A stretch of DNA of 29,277 nt from Candidatus Methylomirabilota bacterium (GCA_046726415.1 JBKPAK010000084.1:1-29277), one strand, 5' to 3'. Counted from the first letter of the stretch, positions 17,536 to 28,824 are shown. A program made the numbers and translations. The notes: generated by a model from the letters alone, not told the origin.

Positions 17536-20500
17536 GTGAGTCGCCGCGGAGCCGTCCATGCGCTGGAAGCGTTCCATCCCGCCGTCCGCGATTGGTTCGC
17601 CGCCTCGTTCGCGGAGCCCACGCGGGCGCAGGCCCTCGGCTGGCCACCCATCGCGCGCGGTGAATCGGCGCTGATCCTCGCTCCGACGGGCAGCGGCAAG
17701 ACGCTGGCCGCCTTTCTCTCGTGCATCAACCGTCTGATGTTCGAAGCGACACCGCCGCGCGGCGAGCGCTGCCGCGTCCTCTACGTTTCGCCGCTCAAGG
17801 CCCTGGCGGTCGACATCGAGCGCAACCTGCGCCTTCCCCTCGCCGGCATCGCCGCCATGGCCTCGCGGCGCGGCGACCCCCACGTCGTCCCGGTGGTGGG
17901 CGTGCGCACCGGCGACACCCCCGCGCGGGACCGCGTCCGCTTCACCCGCGAGCCGGCCGACATCTTGATCACGACTCCGGAGTCGCTCTATCTGCTCCTC
18001 ACATCGAGGGCGCGCGAAGCGCTGCGCTCACTCGACACGGTCATCGTGGATGAGATCCACGCGCTGGTCCCCACCAAACGCGGTGCGCATCTCGCGCTGT
18101 CGCTCGAGCGTCTGGAGGTGCTGGCTGGCCGCCGTCTCCAGCGCATCGGCCTCTCCGCAACGCAGCGGCCGCTGGAGGAAGTTGCGCGCTTTCTCGGCGG
18201 CGCGCGCGTCTCATCGTGGCCGGATGCGCATTCTGCTCCGGCCGGTCTTGTCGCCCCCTGTGGCGAACATGCCGCAGTTTACCGCCAGGATACCGCGCCT
18301 CCAAAGACGTCCGCCGTGGCTGAGGACGGTGGGGAACCCGCATCGACGGACGCGGTGACGGGGAGGGCCAGCGGCACCGACGCCGACCTCGGACCGATGC
18401 CGGCAAGGGACGAAGTCGATGACGAGGCGGCGGCCGCGGGGCTGGCGGCGAGCGCCAAGGTGCACGAGGAGTTCGCGATACATGAAGGCGCCGTCGAGTA
18501 TCGGGCAGTCACCATTGTGGATGCGGGGGAGCGTAAGCCGCTGGAGCTGCGCATCGAGGTGCCGGTCGAGGACATGGCGCGGCCCGCCGAGCCCGCCGGC
18601 CCGGGCGGGCCCGCGGGACGAGACCCGGGACGCACCTCCATCTGGACGGCCATTCATCCGCGCCTCCTGGAGCTGGTCCGCGAGCATCACTCCACCCTGA
18701 TCTTCGTGAACAGCCGGCGCATCGCCGAGCGGCTGGCGGCCGCGCTCAACGACCTGGCCGGCGATCCGCTGGCGCGCGCGCACCATGGCTCCATCGCGCG
18801 CGAGCAGCGGCTCGAGATCGAGGAGCAGCTCAAGGCAGGGCAGATCCGGGCCCTGGTGGCCACCTCGTCGCTCGAGCTGGGCATCGACATGGGGGCCATC
18901 GACCTGGTGATCCAGGTCGAGGCGCCGCCGTCGGTGACCAGCGGGCTCCAGCGAATCGGTCGCGCCGGCCATCAGGTGAGCGCGGTGAGCCGCGGCATCA
19001 TCTTCCCGAAGTTCCGGGGCGGCCTCGTGGCCTGCGCCGCGGTGGCGCGGCTGATGCGCGATGGTCAGGTGGAGCCCACCCGCTATCCGCGCAACCCACT
19101 CGATGTGCTCTCCCAGCATATCGTCGCCATGGTGGCCCTGGAGCGTTGGGACATCGATGCCCTCTACCACACCGTGCGGCAGGCGGCGCCCTTCGCCGAG
19201 CTGAGCCCTCGCATCTTCGAGAGCGTGATGGACATGCTCGCCGGCCGCTATCCCTCCGACGAGTTCGCCGAGCTGCGCCCGCGTCTGACGTGGGATCGCG
19301 TGGGCCGGCGGCTGACCGCGCGCGCCGGCGCGCGTCACGTGGCCGTGGTCAACGGTGGCACCATTCCCGATCGCGGTCTCTACGGCGTGTTCCTGGCCGG
19401 CACCGAGACCCCCGTCCGCGTCGGAGAACTCGACGAGGAGATGGTGTTCGAGAGCCGCGTCGGCGAGACCTTCGTGCTCGGGGCTTCCACCTGGCGCATC
19501 GAGGAGATCACGCACGACCGGGTGCTTGTCTCGCCTGCCCCCGGCGAACCCGGCAAGATGCCTTTCTGGCGCGGCGAGGCCGCCGGCCGGCCAGTTGAGC
19601 TCGGGCGACAGATCGGGGAGCTGGTCCGCGAGCTGCGCGAGATGCCATCCGCCGCGGCACGCCAGCGCCTGATCGGCCGCCACGATCTCGATGCTCAGGC
19701 GGCCGCCAATCTCCTGCTCTACCTGCAAGACCAGGCGGCGGCCGGCGCCGTGCCCGACGATGGGACCGTCGTCATCGAGCGCTGCCGCGACGAGTTGGGC
19801 GACTGGCGGCTCTGTGTGCTCTCCCCACTCGGCGGGCGCATCCACGCTCCGTGGTCGATGGCGGTGATGGCCAAGGTCCGTCGCGAGAGGGGGATCGAGG
19901 TCGACACCATGTGGACGGACGATGGCTTCGTCGTCCGATTCCCAGAGACGGACGAGCCGCCCGATCCCCAGCTCGCCCTACCCGATCCCTGCGAGGCGGA
20001 GGAGCTCGTGGTCGGCCAGCTCGGATCCACCGCGCTCTTTGCCGCGAAGTTCCGCGAGGCGGCCAGTCGCGCCCTGCTCCTTCCCCGGCGCCGTCCGGGA
20101 GGGCGAGCGCCCCTCTGGCAACAGCGCAAGCGGGCTGCCGACTTGCTCGCGGTGGCCGCGCCATACGGCTCCTTCCCAATACTGCTTGAGACGTATCGCG
20201 AGTGCCTGCGCGACGTTTTCGACATCCCCGCCCTCCTGGCCACCCTGCGTGACGTGGCCAGCCACACCATCCGCACGGTCACCCTGGACTCTCGAGTCCC
20301 TTCGCCGTTCGCGGCCGCCCTCCTGTTCGGGTACGTTGCCAACTACATCTACGAGGGCGATGCCCCGCTGGCCGAACGGCGGGCTCAAGCCCTGGCCATC
20401 GATGGCGATCAACTCCGGGAGTTGCTCGGTGCGGCGTCGTTGCGCGAGCTGCTCGACGCCGACGCCATCGCGAGCCTCGAGCGCCAGCTGCAGCACCTGG

Positions 20501-22272
20501 ACGAGCGTTCGCGCGCCCGCCACGCCGACGCCGTTCACGATCTGCTCCTGCGCGTGGGAGATCTCTCGAGTGACGAGCTACAGGCCCGCATGGCCGAGGG
20601 CACTGCCGTGGCGACGATCGAGGCGCTCGTCGCCGAGGGGCGGGCCGTGGTTCTCCCCGTGGCGGGCCGATCGCGATATGTCGCCGTCGAGGACGTCGCC
20701 CGCTACCGGGATGCGCTGGGCCTTCCGTTGCCCCCGGGCATTCCCGATGCGCTGCTCACGGCCGTGCGCGATCCACACGGCGATCTGGCGCACCGCTACG
20801 CGCGCACGCACGGGCCCTTCACCACCGAGGAGGTGGCCGGCCGGTACGGACTCTCGCGCTCCGCTGCGGATCGCGCGCTGAGGCGGCTGGCCGCGGCCGG
20901 CCGGCTGCTGGAAGGCGAGTTCCGCCCCGGCCGCGTGGGACGTGAGTGGTGTGATCCCGGCGTGCTGGCCACCGTGCGCCGTCGCTCGCTGGCGAAGCTA
21001 CGCACCGAGGTGGAACCGGTGGCTCAGGCGGTGCTCGGCCGCCTCATCACGACCTGGCAAGGCGTGATCAAGAGCCGGCGCGGCCTCGACGTCCTCCTCG
21101 ACGCGATCGAGAATCTCCAGGGGGCTCCCCTTCCCGCCTCGATCTTCGAGCGCGAGATCCTGGCCGCGCGCGTGGAGGGCTATCTGCCGGGCGACCTCGA
21201 CACCTTGACGGCGGCGGGCGAGGTCGTGTGGTGCGGCGTGGAACCGCTCGGCGAGCGCGACGGCCGGATCGCGCTGTTCCTCACCGATCACCAGGCGCGT
21301 CTGTGGCGGCCGCCGGCGCCTGCTGGAGCCGGAGATCTGACGCCGCTGGAGCTGCGAATTCTCGAATACCTCCGCGAGCACGGCGCGTCGTTCTTCAATG
21401 TCCTGCACGGGGGCATCGGTGGCGGTTTTGCCGGCGACCTCCTCGATGCCGTGTGGAACCTCGTCTGGCGAGGGCTCGTCACGAACGATGGCCTTCACGC
21501 GCTCCGCGCCTTCACCGCGCCCCGTGAGCGGCGCGATCGGCGGACCCGCGTGCTCCATCACGCCTTTCGCTCCCGGCGGACGACGCCCCCCGGCGGCGAG
21601 GGGCGGTGGACGCTCACCTCCTCGCGCGTCGCAGCGCTGCCGTCGGCGACGGAGTGGAGCGCGGCGGTCGTCCAGCAGCTCCTCCGGCGCTACGGAATCG
21701 TGTCGCGCGAGTCGGTGGTGACCGAGGGGGTGCCCGGCGGCTTCGCCGCGGTCTACGAGGTGTTCAAGGCGCTCGAAGACGCCGCGCGCATCCGCCGCGG
21801 CTACTTCGCGACCGGCGTGGGCGCGGTGCAGTTCGCCCTGCCTGCTGCGCTCGAGCAACTCCGCATGCTTCGCGATCCGCCCGCGTCACCGGAGGTCGTT
21901 CTGCTCGCCGCCTCCGATCCCGCCAATCCGTACGGAGCTATTTTGAAATGGCCCGAGGGGGACGCCGGGCGACCGCCTCTCCGGTCGGTGGGAGCCCATG
22001 TCGTCCTCGTCAACGGCGCGGCCGCCGCCTATCTCGCGCGCGGCGGCCGCCAACTCACGGCATGGCTGCCGGACGACGAACCCGAGCGCTCCGCGGTGGC
22101 GCGAGCGGTGGCGGCGGTACTCGCCGACCTCGCCCGGCGAGACGGGCTGCTGCTCAGCGAGATCAACGGGGCGCTGGCGGGCCAGCATGCCCTGGCCCCC
22201 GCGCTGGCCGAAGCGGGGTTCGTCGCCTCGGCGCTCGGCTTCAGCGTGCGGCGATCGTCGGCGCGCGTCTGA
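17536..22272 (+). CDS. lhr: Long Lhr family SF2 helicase with C-terminal winged-helix/glycosylase-like region
   Basis: APTGSGKT, SPLKAL, TTPESL, VDEIH, GLSAT, HHGS, TSSLELGID, QRIGRAGH, GELDEEMVFESR; 1578 aa. Confidence 0.93.
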   Translation: MSRRGAVHALEAFHPAVRDWFAASFAEPTRAQALGWPPIARGESALILAPTGSGKTLAAFLSCINRLMFEATPPRGERCRVLYVSPLKALAVDIERNLRLPLAGIAAMASRRGDPHVVPVVGVRTGDTPARDRVRFTREPADILITTPESLYLLLTSRAREALRSLDTVIVDEIHALVPTKRGAHLALSLERLEVLAGRRLQRIGLSATQRPLEEVARFLGGARVSSWPDAHSAPAGLVAPCGEHAAVYRQDTAPPKTSAVAEDGGEPASTDAVTGRASGTDADLGPMPARDEVDDEAAAAGLAASAKVHEEFAIHEGAVEYRAVTIVDAGERKPLELRIEVPVEDMARPAEPAGPGGPAGRDPGRTSIWTAIHPRLLELVREHHSTLIFVNSRRIAERLAAALNDLAGDPLARAHHGSIAREQRLEIEEQLKAGQIRALVATSSLELGIDMGAIDLVIQVEAPPSVTSGLQRIGRAGHQVSAVSRGIIFPKFRGGLVACAAVARLMRDGQVEPTRYPRNPLDVLSQHIVAMVALERWDIDALYHTVRQAAPFAELSPRIFESVMDMLAGRYPSDEFAELRPRLTWDRVGRRLTARAGARHVAVVNGGTIPDRGLYGVFLAGTETPVRVGELDEEMVFESRVGETFVLGASTWRIEEITHDRVLVSPAPGEPGKMPFWRGEAAGRPVELGRQIGELVRELREMPSAAARQRLIGRHDLDAQAAANLLLYLQDQAAAGAVPDDGTVVIERCRDELGDWRLCVLSPLGGRIHAPWSMAVMAKVRRERGIEVDTMWTDDGFVVRFPETDEPPDPQLALPDPCEAEELVVGQLGSTALFAAKFREAASRALLLPRRRPGGRAPLWQQRKRAADLLAVAAPYGSFPILLETYRECLRDVFDIPALLATLRDVASHTIRTVTLDSRVPSPFAAALLFGYVANYIYEGDAPLAERRAQALAIDGDQLRELLGAASLRELLDADAIASLERQLQHLDERSRARHADAVHDLLLRVGDLSSDELQARMAEGTAVATIEALVAEGRAVVLPVAGRSRYVAVEDVARYRDALGLPLPPGIPDALLTAVRDPHGDLAHRYARTHGPFTTEEVAGRYGLSRSAADRALRRLAAAGRLLEGEFRPGRVGREWCDPGVLATVRRRSLAKLRTEVEPVAQAVLGRLITTWQGVIKSRRGLDVLLDAIENLQGAPLPASIFEREILAARVEGYLPGDLDTLTAAGEVVWCGVEPLGERDGRIALFLTDHQARLWRPPAPAGAGDLTPLELRILEYLREHGASFFNVLHGGIGGGFAGDLLDAVWNLVWRGLVTNDGLHALRAFTAPRERRDRRTRVLHHAFRSRRTTPPGGEGRWTLTSSRVAALPSATEWSAAVVQQLLRRYGIVSRESVVTEGVPGGFAAVYEVFKALEDAARIRRGYFATGVGAVQFALPAALEQLRMLRDPPASPEVVLLAASDPANPYGAILKWPEGDAGRPPLRSVGAHVVLVNGAAAAYLARGGRQLTAWLPDDEPERSAVARAVAAVLADLARRDGLLLSEINGALAGQHALAPALAEAGFVASALGFSVRRSSARV

Positions 22273-22804
22273 CGGTCAACTCCTCGGTGATCTGGCGCGC
22301 GTGCCACCCCACCCCCTTGAGGTACTCGAGCAGACCGAGGTACACGGACGACGCCCGCGGCAGGCACACGCCTTCGGCCAGCCGCTGCTGATGGGCCATC
22401 GCGTAGTCGTTCGCGAGCTGCGCATACTGCGCGCCCGAGCCGAGGATGTGGCGCACGAGGACTCGGTTTTCGGTGGCCAGCGCATCGCGCGCGCACTCGA
22501 CGAGCTCGATGCCCTTCTCGAAGAGACTGTTGATCTCGCGCGTGGCCCGATCGGTGAACGGCACCGATTCCTCCACCATCGCGCGGACGGTGGCCAGAAG
22601 ATCCGCCACACTGGTGATCAGCTGATCGGGCGGTGCGCCCGGCGGCGCGTAGCTCCGGCGCATGCTCCGCAGAAGTCTCTCAGCGGCGCCGAGCGGGGCG
22701 ACGTCCTGCCGGCGGAAGGCCTCCCAGGCCAGCCGAAGCAGGTCGACGGCGCGCGCGGTCAACTCGTGCGTTGAGCGAGTGGCGAGGGTCGCCTCGACTG
22801 CCAT
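22241..22804 (-). CDS. Stand-alone PhoU-like helical protein (resembles Na/Pi cotransporter C-terminal domain)
   Basis: F(T)DRA..EI..LF, HQQRLAEGVCLPRASSVYL..L pattern; GGGAGG RBS before ATG 22804. Confidence 0.6.
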   Translation of the reverse strand: MAVEATLATRSTHELTARAVDLLRLAWEAFRRQDVAPLGAAERLLRSMRRSYAPPGAPPDQLITSVADLLATVRAMVEESVPFTDRATREINSLFEKGIELVECARDALATENRVLVRHILGSGAQYAQLANDYAMAHQQRLAEGVCLPRASSVYLGLLEYLKGVGWHARQITEELTVRRAPTIAAR

Positions 22805-22948
22805 GATGCCGCCTCCCTTCGGACGAGACCAGCAAGGACCACAGGGCGAGACCGTCGCTTTTACCGAGTGTAGGGAGGCGACCGGAAGACTGTCAAGACC
22901 GCACACATTTATGCCGTCCGTGACCTAAGGCGCGAGGTCTAGGAACAG

Positions 22949-23872
22949 ATGTATAGTAGTCACGTGCGAGCCGCGTACCGAGAGGAACCGTGCAAGAGCG
23001 CCCTGAATCCCGTGTCGGGAATGTCGTTCGCCTGGTCGCTCAACCCCTACGTGGGCTGCGTGCATCGATGCACGTTCTGCTACGTCCGGGCCTTCGAGCG
23101 GCGCGCCGATCGGCCGGCCGGCGAAGAGTACGGACGGATCATCCGCGCCAAGATCAACATCGTCCAGGTACTGCGGGGTGAGCTGGCCCGGCCCTCCTGG
23201 CGCCGCGAACTAGTGGCCATCGGCGCTGCCACCGATCCCTATCAACCGGCCGAGGGGCGCTTTCGTCTCACCCGCGGGTGCCTCGAAGCGCTCGCCGCTG
23301 CGCGCACCCCGTTCAGCATCGTCACCCGCGGTCCGCTGATCGTGCGCGACGTCGATGTCTTGAGATCTGCGGCGAAGCGAGCCGAGGTCGAAGTCCATGT
23401 GTCCCTCCCGACGCTCGACGAGAGCGTGTGGCGGTGCACGGAGCCGGGTACGGCCCCTCCGCGACAGCGCCTGCGCGCAGTGCGGACGCTCGTCGAGGCT
23501 GGGATCCGAACGGGCATCGGCATGGCGCCCATCCTTCCGGGCATCTCCGATCGCCCTGAGCAACTGCGAGCGGTGGTCCACGCCGCCCGGGAAGCCGGGG
23601 CGACACATCTCTGGTGCAACGTCGTCCACCTGCGCCCGGGCACGCGCGAGCACTTCCTCGCCCACCTCGCGCGCGACTGGCCGGAGGAACGCGAGCGATA
23701 CGAGCGGCTCTTCGCTCGGGGCGCCTACATGCCCCGGACACAGGCCGCGCCGATTCTCGACGAAGTCGCCCGGCTGCGCGACTCAGTCGGCATCGCCGAC
23801 CGGCGTGTTGCGCCGCCTGCCCCGCCTCCCGCACCGGAGCAACTCGACCTGCTCGGGGTGGCGGGACACTGA
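22949..23872 (+). CDS. Radical SAM protein, Rv2578c/PA0069 (SplB-like) family
   Basis: SLNPYVGCVHRCTFCY (CxxxCxxC), GAATDPYQPAE, TEPGTAPPRQRL; likely start GTG 22964. Confidence 0.9.
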   Translation: MYSSHVRAAYREEPCKSALNPVSGMSFAWSLNPYVGCVHRCTFCYVRAFERRADRPAGEEYGRIIRAKINIVQVLRGELARPSWRRELVAIGAATDPYQPAEGRFRLTRGCLEALAAARTPFSIVTRGPLIVRDVDVLRSAAKRAEVEVHVSLPTLDESVWRCTEPGTAPPRQRLRAVRTLVEAGIRTGIGMAPILPGISDRPEQLRAVVHAAREAGATHLWCNVVHLRPGTREHFLAHLARDWPEERERYERLFARGAYMPRTQAAPILDEVARLRDSVGIADRRVAPPAPPPAPEQLDLLGVAGH

Positions 23873-23942
23873 CCCTCACCCTCACGTCTGAACCCGCAGG
23901 CCTCCGTCGGACGCGCTACCCAAACGCCCCAGGTCGGGCTAG

Positions 23943-25082
<1,140 letters not shown>

Positions 25083-25098
25083 CGCGGGGGCCGGCCGC

Positions 25099-25608
25099 TC
25101 ACCCAGTCAACGAGCGTTCGAGCTGGCGGAGGCGGCGGCTGAGGGTGACCAGGATCTTGTAGGTCAGGTCCGGCACCTCCTGCAGGACGGTGTGGAAATT
25201 GCGCCGCGGGATGGCGAGGAGGCGCACGTCGGTCTCGGCGTGCACGGTGGCCGAGCGCGGCTCACCGTCGAGCAGGCTCATCTCCCCGAAGAAGTCACCG
25301 GGACTGAGGCGGCCGCGCTTTCGGGGGGCCACGTCGACGATGGCCGAGCCGTCCACGATGACGAAGAAGGCATCGCCGGGCTCGCCCATTCGGGTGAGCA
25401 CCGTGCCGCCCGGCAACTCGACGACCTTCGAGATCTTGGCCACCTCCCGCAGTTGCTTGCGCGTGCAGTCCGCGAACAGCGGCACCTCCTCCAGTCGGCG
25501 AATCTTCTCGTCCTGGCTGATGCGATAGCTGGACGACACCGAGCGACGCAGAGCGTCTTTGAGGTCCAGCGAGATCGATCCCTCCAGGATGCGGCTCACG
25601 AACTCCAT
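25099..25608 (-). CDS. Stand-alone cyclic nucleotide-binding domain protein
   Basis: LEEVPLFA, GEPGDAFFVIVDG, GDFFGEMSLLDGEPRSATV (phosphate-binding cassette); no HTH; GAGGAG RBS. Confidence 0.88.
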   Translation of the reverse strand: MEFVSRILEGSISLDLKDALRRSVSSSYRISQDEKIRRLEEVPLFADCTRKQLREVAKISKVVELPGGTVLTRMGEPGDAFFVIVDGSAIVDVAPRKRGRLSPGDFFGEMSLLDGEPRSATVHAETDVRLLAIPRRNFHTVLQEVPDLTYKILVTLSRRLRQLERSLTG

Positions 25609-26432
25609 GACGACGTCTCCTCGGTGGACATTAGGCGGAACGCCGGCAGCGTCGGCGCCACCCCGATCCGCTCGCCGCGGAATCGCTCGAGGAGCGCCCG
25701 GTACAGTTCGGCCTCGGCGGGCACGACCTCCGCCACGGCAACCCACGGCTGGATGGTCAGCTTGACACCGAGAGGCCCGATCTCGGTCACGCCGACCACG
25801 GGCGCCGGGTCCTTCAACACCCGGGGCTGGGCAGCGGTGACCTCGCGGGCGGCGGCCAGGGCGGCGGCCAGATCGGCGTCGTGGGGGACGCGCACGGCCA
25901 GAGTGAGCTGACGCATCGACCCGAAGTTGTGGAGGATCTCGCCCACGATCTTGCGATTCGGAATGACGATCCGCGAGCGGTCTGGATGTACGAGCGTGGT
26001 GGAGAACAGCTCGATGGCGATCACCTCGCCATGGACGCCCAGCAGCGAGATGAACTCGCCCACCCGATAGGGTTTCGTGAAGATGATCGTCAGACCTGCC
26101 ACCACGTTGCTGAGCACGCCTTGCAGGGCGAAGCCGATGCCCAGCCCCGCCACCCCGATGCCGGCGACCAGCGGCGCGATTTGAAACCCGAACTTGTCGA
26201 GGGCGACGATCAGCGCGAACAGCAGCACCACCACGCGCACCACGCGGACGGTGAGCTTCCGCATGGGCGGTTCCATGGTCTGGCGCTGGAGCCATCGGTC
26301 GGTGAGACTGCCAATCCAGTGGGCGACGACGAAGCCCGCCGTCAGGATGACCAGCGCGCCCAGCACCTGGAAACCGTAGCGGATCACGAGGTCGAGGATC
26401 AGATCGCGCGCGCTGTTGACGCTGGTGGGCAT
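25596..26432 (-). CDS. mscS: Small-conductance mechanosensitive channel MscS family protein
   Basis: GIGVAGLGIGFALQGVLSNVVAG, KPYRVGEFI, G.V..I.LFST, IPN motifs. Confidence 0.9.
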   Translation of the reverse strand: MPTSVNSARDLILDLVIRYGFQVLGALVILTAGFVVAHWIGSLTDRWLQRQTMEPPMRKLTVRVVRVVVLLFALIVALDKFGFQIAPLVAGIGVAGLGIGFALQGVLSNVVAGLTIIFTKPYRVGEFISLLGVHGEVIAIELFSTTLVHPDRSRIVIPNRKIVGEILHNFGSMRQLTLAVRVPHDADLAAALAAAREVTAAQPRVLKDPAPVVGVTEIGPLGVKLTIQPWVAVAEVVPAEAELYRALLERFRGERIGVAPTLPAFRLMSTEETSSWSS

Positions 26433-26448
26433 ACCGCCCCATCCCCTT

Positions 26449-28353
26449 CTACGCCCGGCCCTGGGGATACCCGAGAGCGCGGAGCCGTCCGGCGATCTCC
26501 TCCAGGATGGTGGGATCGTCGATGGTGGCCGGCGCCGTGTATGGCGCGCCGTCGGCTATTCGCTTGATCGTTCCGCGAAGGATCTTCCCCGACCTCGTCT
26601 TGGGCAGCCGCTGCACCACGGTGGCCGTCTTGAACGCGGCCACCGGGCCGATGGTGTCCCGAACCCGCTGCACCAGCTCGCGAACGATCTCGTCTTCCCC
26701 GCGATCGACGCCGGCCTTGGTGACCACGAAACCGACGGGAACCTCGCCCTTCAGCTCGTCCACCACGCCCACGACCGCGCATTCGGCGACGTCGGGGTGC
26801 CCGGCCAGCACTTCTTCCATGGCGCCGGTGGACAGCCGGTGGCCAGCCACGTTGATGATGTCGTCCACGCGGCTCATGATGTAGAGGTACCCGTCGTCGT
26901 CCCGGTAGCCCGCGTCGCCCGTCAGGTAGTTCCCCGGATAGGCTTCGAGATATGACTTTTCGAAGCCAGTGTCGTTGTTCCAGAGCGTCGCAAGACATCC
27001 GGGCGGCATGGGCAGGCGAATGACGATGCTGCCGATCTGTCCAGCCGGCATCTCGCGTCCCCGCTCGTCGACCACGCGCACGTCGTAGCCAGGCACGGGC
27101 TTCGTCGGCGACCCGGCCTTCACCGGCAGCATGCCGAGGCCGACGCAGTTGGCGGCGATGGGCCAGCCGGTCTCGGTCTGCCACCAGTGGTCGATGACCG
27201 GCACGCCCAGCCGCGCTTGCGCCCAGTGCAAGGTGTCGGGATCGCACCGCTCGCCGGCCAGGAACAGCGTGCGGAATCGCGAGAGGTCGTACTTGCCGAT
27301 GTGCGCACCGACCGGATCTTCCTTCTTGATGGCCCGGAAGGCCGTGGGGGCCGTGAAAATCACGTTGACGCCGTGCTGCGCGCTCAGGCGCCAGAAAGCG
27401 CCGGGGTCGGGGGTGCCCACGGGCTTGCCCTCGTAGAGGATGCTGGTGGCCCCGCGCAGGAGCGGCCCGTACACGATGTAGGAGTGGCCCACCACCCAGC
27501 CGATGTCAGAGGCGGTGAACATCGTGTCGCCAGCGGCCACTCCATAGATATTGCTCATACTCCACTTGAGGGCTACGGCGTGTCCGCCATGGTCGCGCAC
27601 GACGCCCTTGGGGACCCCGGTGGTACCGGAGGTGTAAAGGATGTAGAGCGGATCGGTGGCGGCCACCGGTACGCAGGCGGCGAGAGGGGCGCCGGCTATC
27701 GCTTCGTCCCAATCGAGGTCCCTTCCCGATACCAGCGAAGCCCTCTGCATCGGCCTCTGGACAATGACGCACCGCTCGGGCTTGTTTGCCGCCAGCTCGA
27801 TGGCCTGGTCGAGGAGCGGCTTGTAGGCGATCACTCGGTTGACCTCGATCCCGCAGGAAGCGGAGAGCACCAGCTTGGGCTTGGCGTCATCGATGCGTTT
27901 GGCCAGCTCGTTGGGCGCGAACCCCCCAAAGACCACCGAGTGGACGGCGCCGATGCGCGCGCAGGCCAGCATGGCGACGACGGCCTCGGGCACCATGGGC
28001 ATGTAGATGATGACCCGGTCCCCCTTGGCGATGCCGAGGCGCGCGAGGGCACCCGCACACCGCGCAACCTCGTCGCGCAGCTCCAGATACGTGAAGGCGC
28101 GCACGGTGCTGGTAACCGGGCTGTCGTAGATGAGCGCCTGCTGCTTAGCTCGCCCGCGGTCGATGTGGAGATCGAGGGCGTTGTAGCACGTGTTCAGCAA
28201 GCCGCCGGTAAACCAGCGGTAGAAGGGCGGCCGCGAGTCGTCGAACACCCGCTCCCAGCGCCGGTCCCAGTGGACATCGTCCGCGGCCGCTGCCCAGAAG
28301 TTCGCAGGATCACGCTGTGATCTCGCGTAGATCTCGTCGTAGATGCTCGCCAT
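26449..28353 (-). CDS. prpE: Propionyl-CoA synthetase / short-chain acyl-CoA synthetase (PrpE-like)
   Basis: YILYTSGTTGVPKG, SDIGWVVGHSY, DHWWQTETG, INVAGHRLSTG, LPKTRSGKILR. Confidence 0.88.
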   Translation of the reverse strand: MASIYDEIYARSQRDPANFWAAAADDVHWDRRWERVFDDSRPPFYRWFTGGLLNTCYNALDLHIDRGRAKQQALIYDSPVTSTVRAFTYLELRDEVARCAGALARLGIAKGDRVIIYMPMVPEAVVAMLACARIGAVHSVVFGGFAPNELAKRIDDAKPKLVLSASCGIEVNRVIAYKPLLDQAIELAANKPERCVIVQRPMQRASLVSGRDLDWDEAIAGAPLAACVPVAATDPLYILYTSGTTGVPKGVVRDHGGHAVALKWSMSNIYGVAAGDTMFTASDIGWVVGHSYIVYGPLLRGATSILYEGKPVGTPDPGAFWRLSAQHGVNVIFTAPTAFRAIKKEDPVGAHIGKYDLSRFRTLFLAGERCDPDTLHWAQARLGVPVIDHWWQTETGWPIAANCVGLGMLPVKAGSPTKPVPGYDVRVVDERGREMPAGQIGSIVIRLPMPPGCLATLWNNDTGFEKSYLEAYPGNYLTGDAGYRDDDGYLYIMSRVDDIINVAGHRLSTGAMEEVLAGHPDVAECAVVGVVDELKGEVPVGFVVTKAGVDRGEDEIVRELVQRVRDTIGPVAAFKTATVVQRLPKTRSGKILRGTIKRIADGAPYTAPATIDDPTILEEIAGRLRALGYPQGRA

Positions 28354-28443
28354 CGCCACGCCTCCGTCGCGACGTCCGCTTGCCCTGCTCGTGCGACGCG
28401 CTCCAGTCTGGATCAGGTGAGCCGGCTCAGCAACCAGGGGGGG

Positions 28444-28824
28444 ATGGCCCGGATCACGACATCTTTCCTCCAGGTTGCCGGCGGCCCGGCCTGGGCGCAG
28501 TTGCCATCCCCGTCGGAGCTACGCCAGCAGTTCCAGGAGACCGACCGAAACGGCGACGGCAAGATCGATCGCGAGGAGTTCCACCGCCGCTCGGTCGAGT
28601 TGTTCTACTTCCTCGACAAGGACCGGAAGGGCTATCTCGTGCTGGCGGCCATCAGAGGCCTGTCCGCAGACGATTTCAAGTCCGCGAACCGGAGGAGCGA
28701 TGGCAAGCACACCCTGGAGGAGTTCCTCAATGCCCGCTTCCGGCACTTCGACCTCGCCGACAGCAACGGCGATGGAGTGCTCACCTTGCAGGAGGTCGAA
28801 ACCCACGTGGGCCGCCTGCGCTGA
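28444..28824 (+). CDS. EF-hand domain protein
   Basis: EF-hand loops DRNGDGKIDREE, DKDRKGYL, DSNGDGVLTLQE; signal region looks shortened. Confidence 0.75.
   Translation: MARITTSFLQVAGGPAWAQLPSPSELRQQFQETDRNGDGKIDREEFHRRSVELFYFLDKDRKGYLVLAAIRGLSADDFKSANRRSDGKHTLEEFLNARFRHFDLADSNGDGVLTLQEVETHVGRLR

Noticed and set aside
25609-26442. 447-aa ORF 25099..26442 as one protein
   Set aside because: The upstream part is an off-frame shadow of mscS; the cNMP gene has its own RBS and ATG at 25608.
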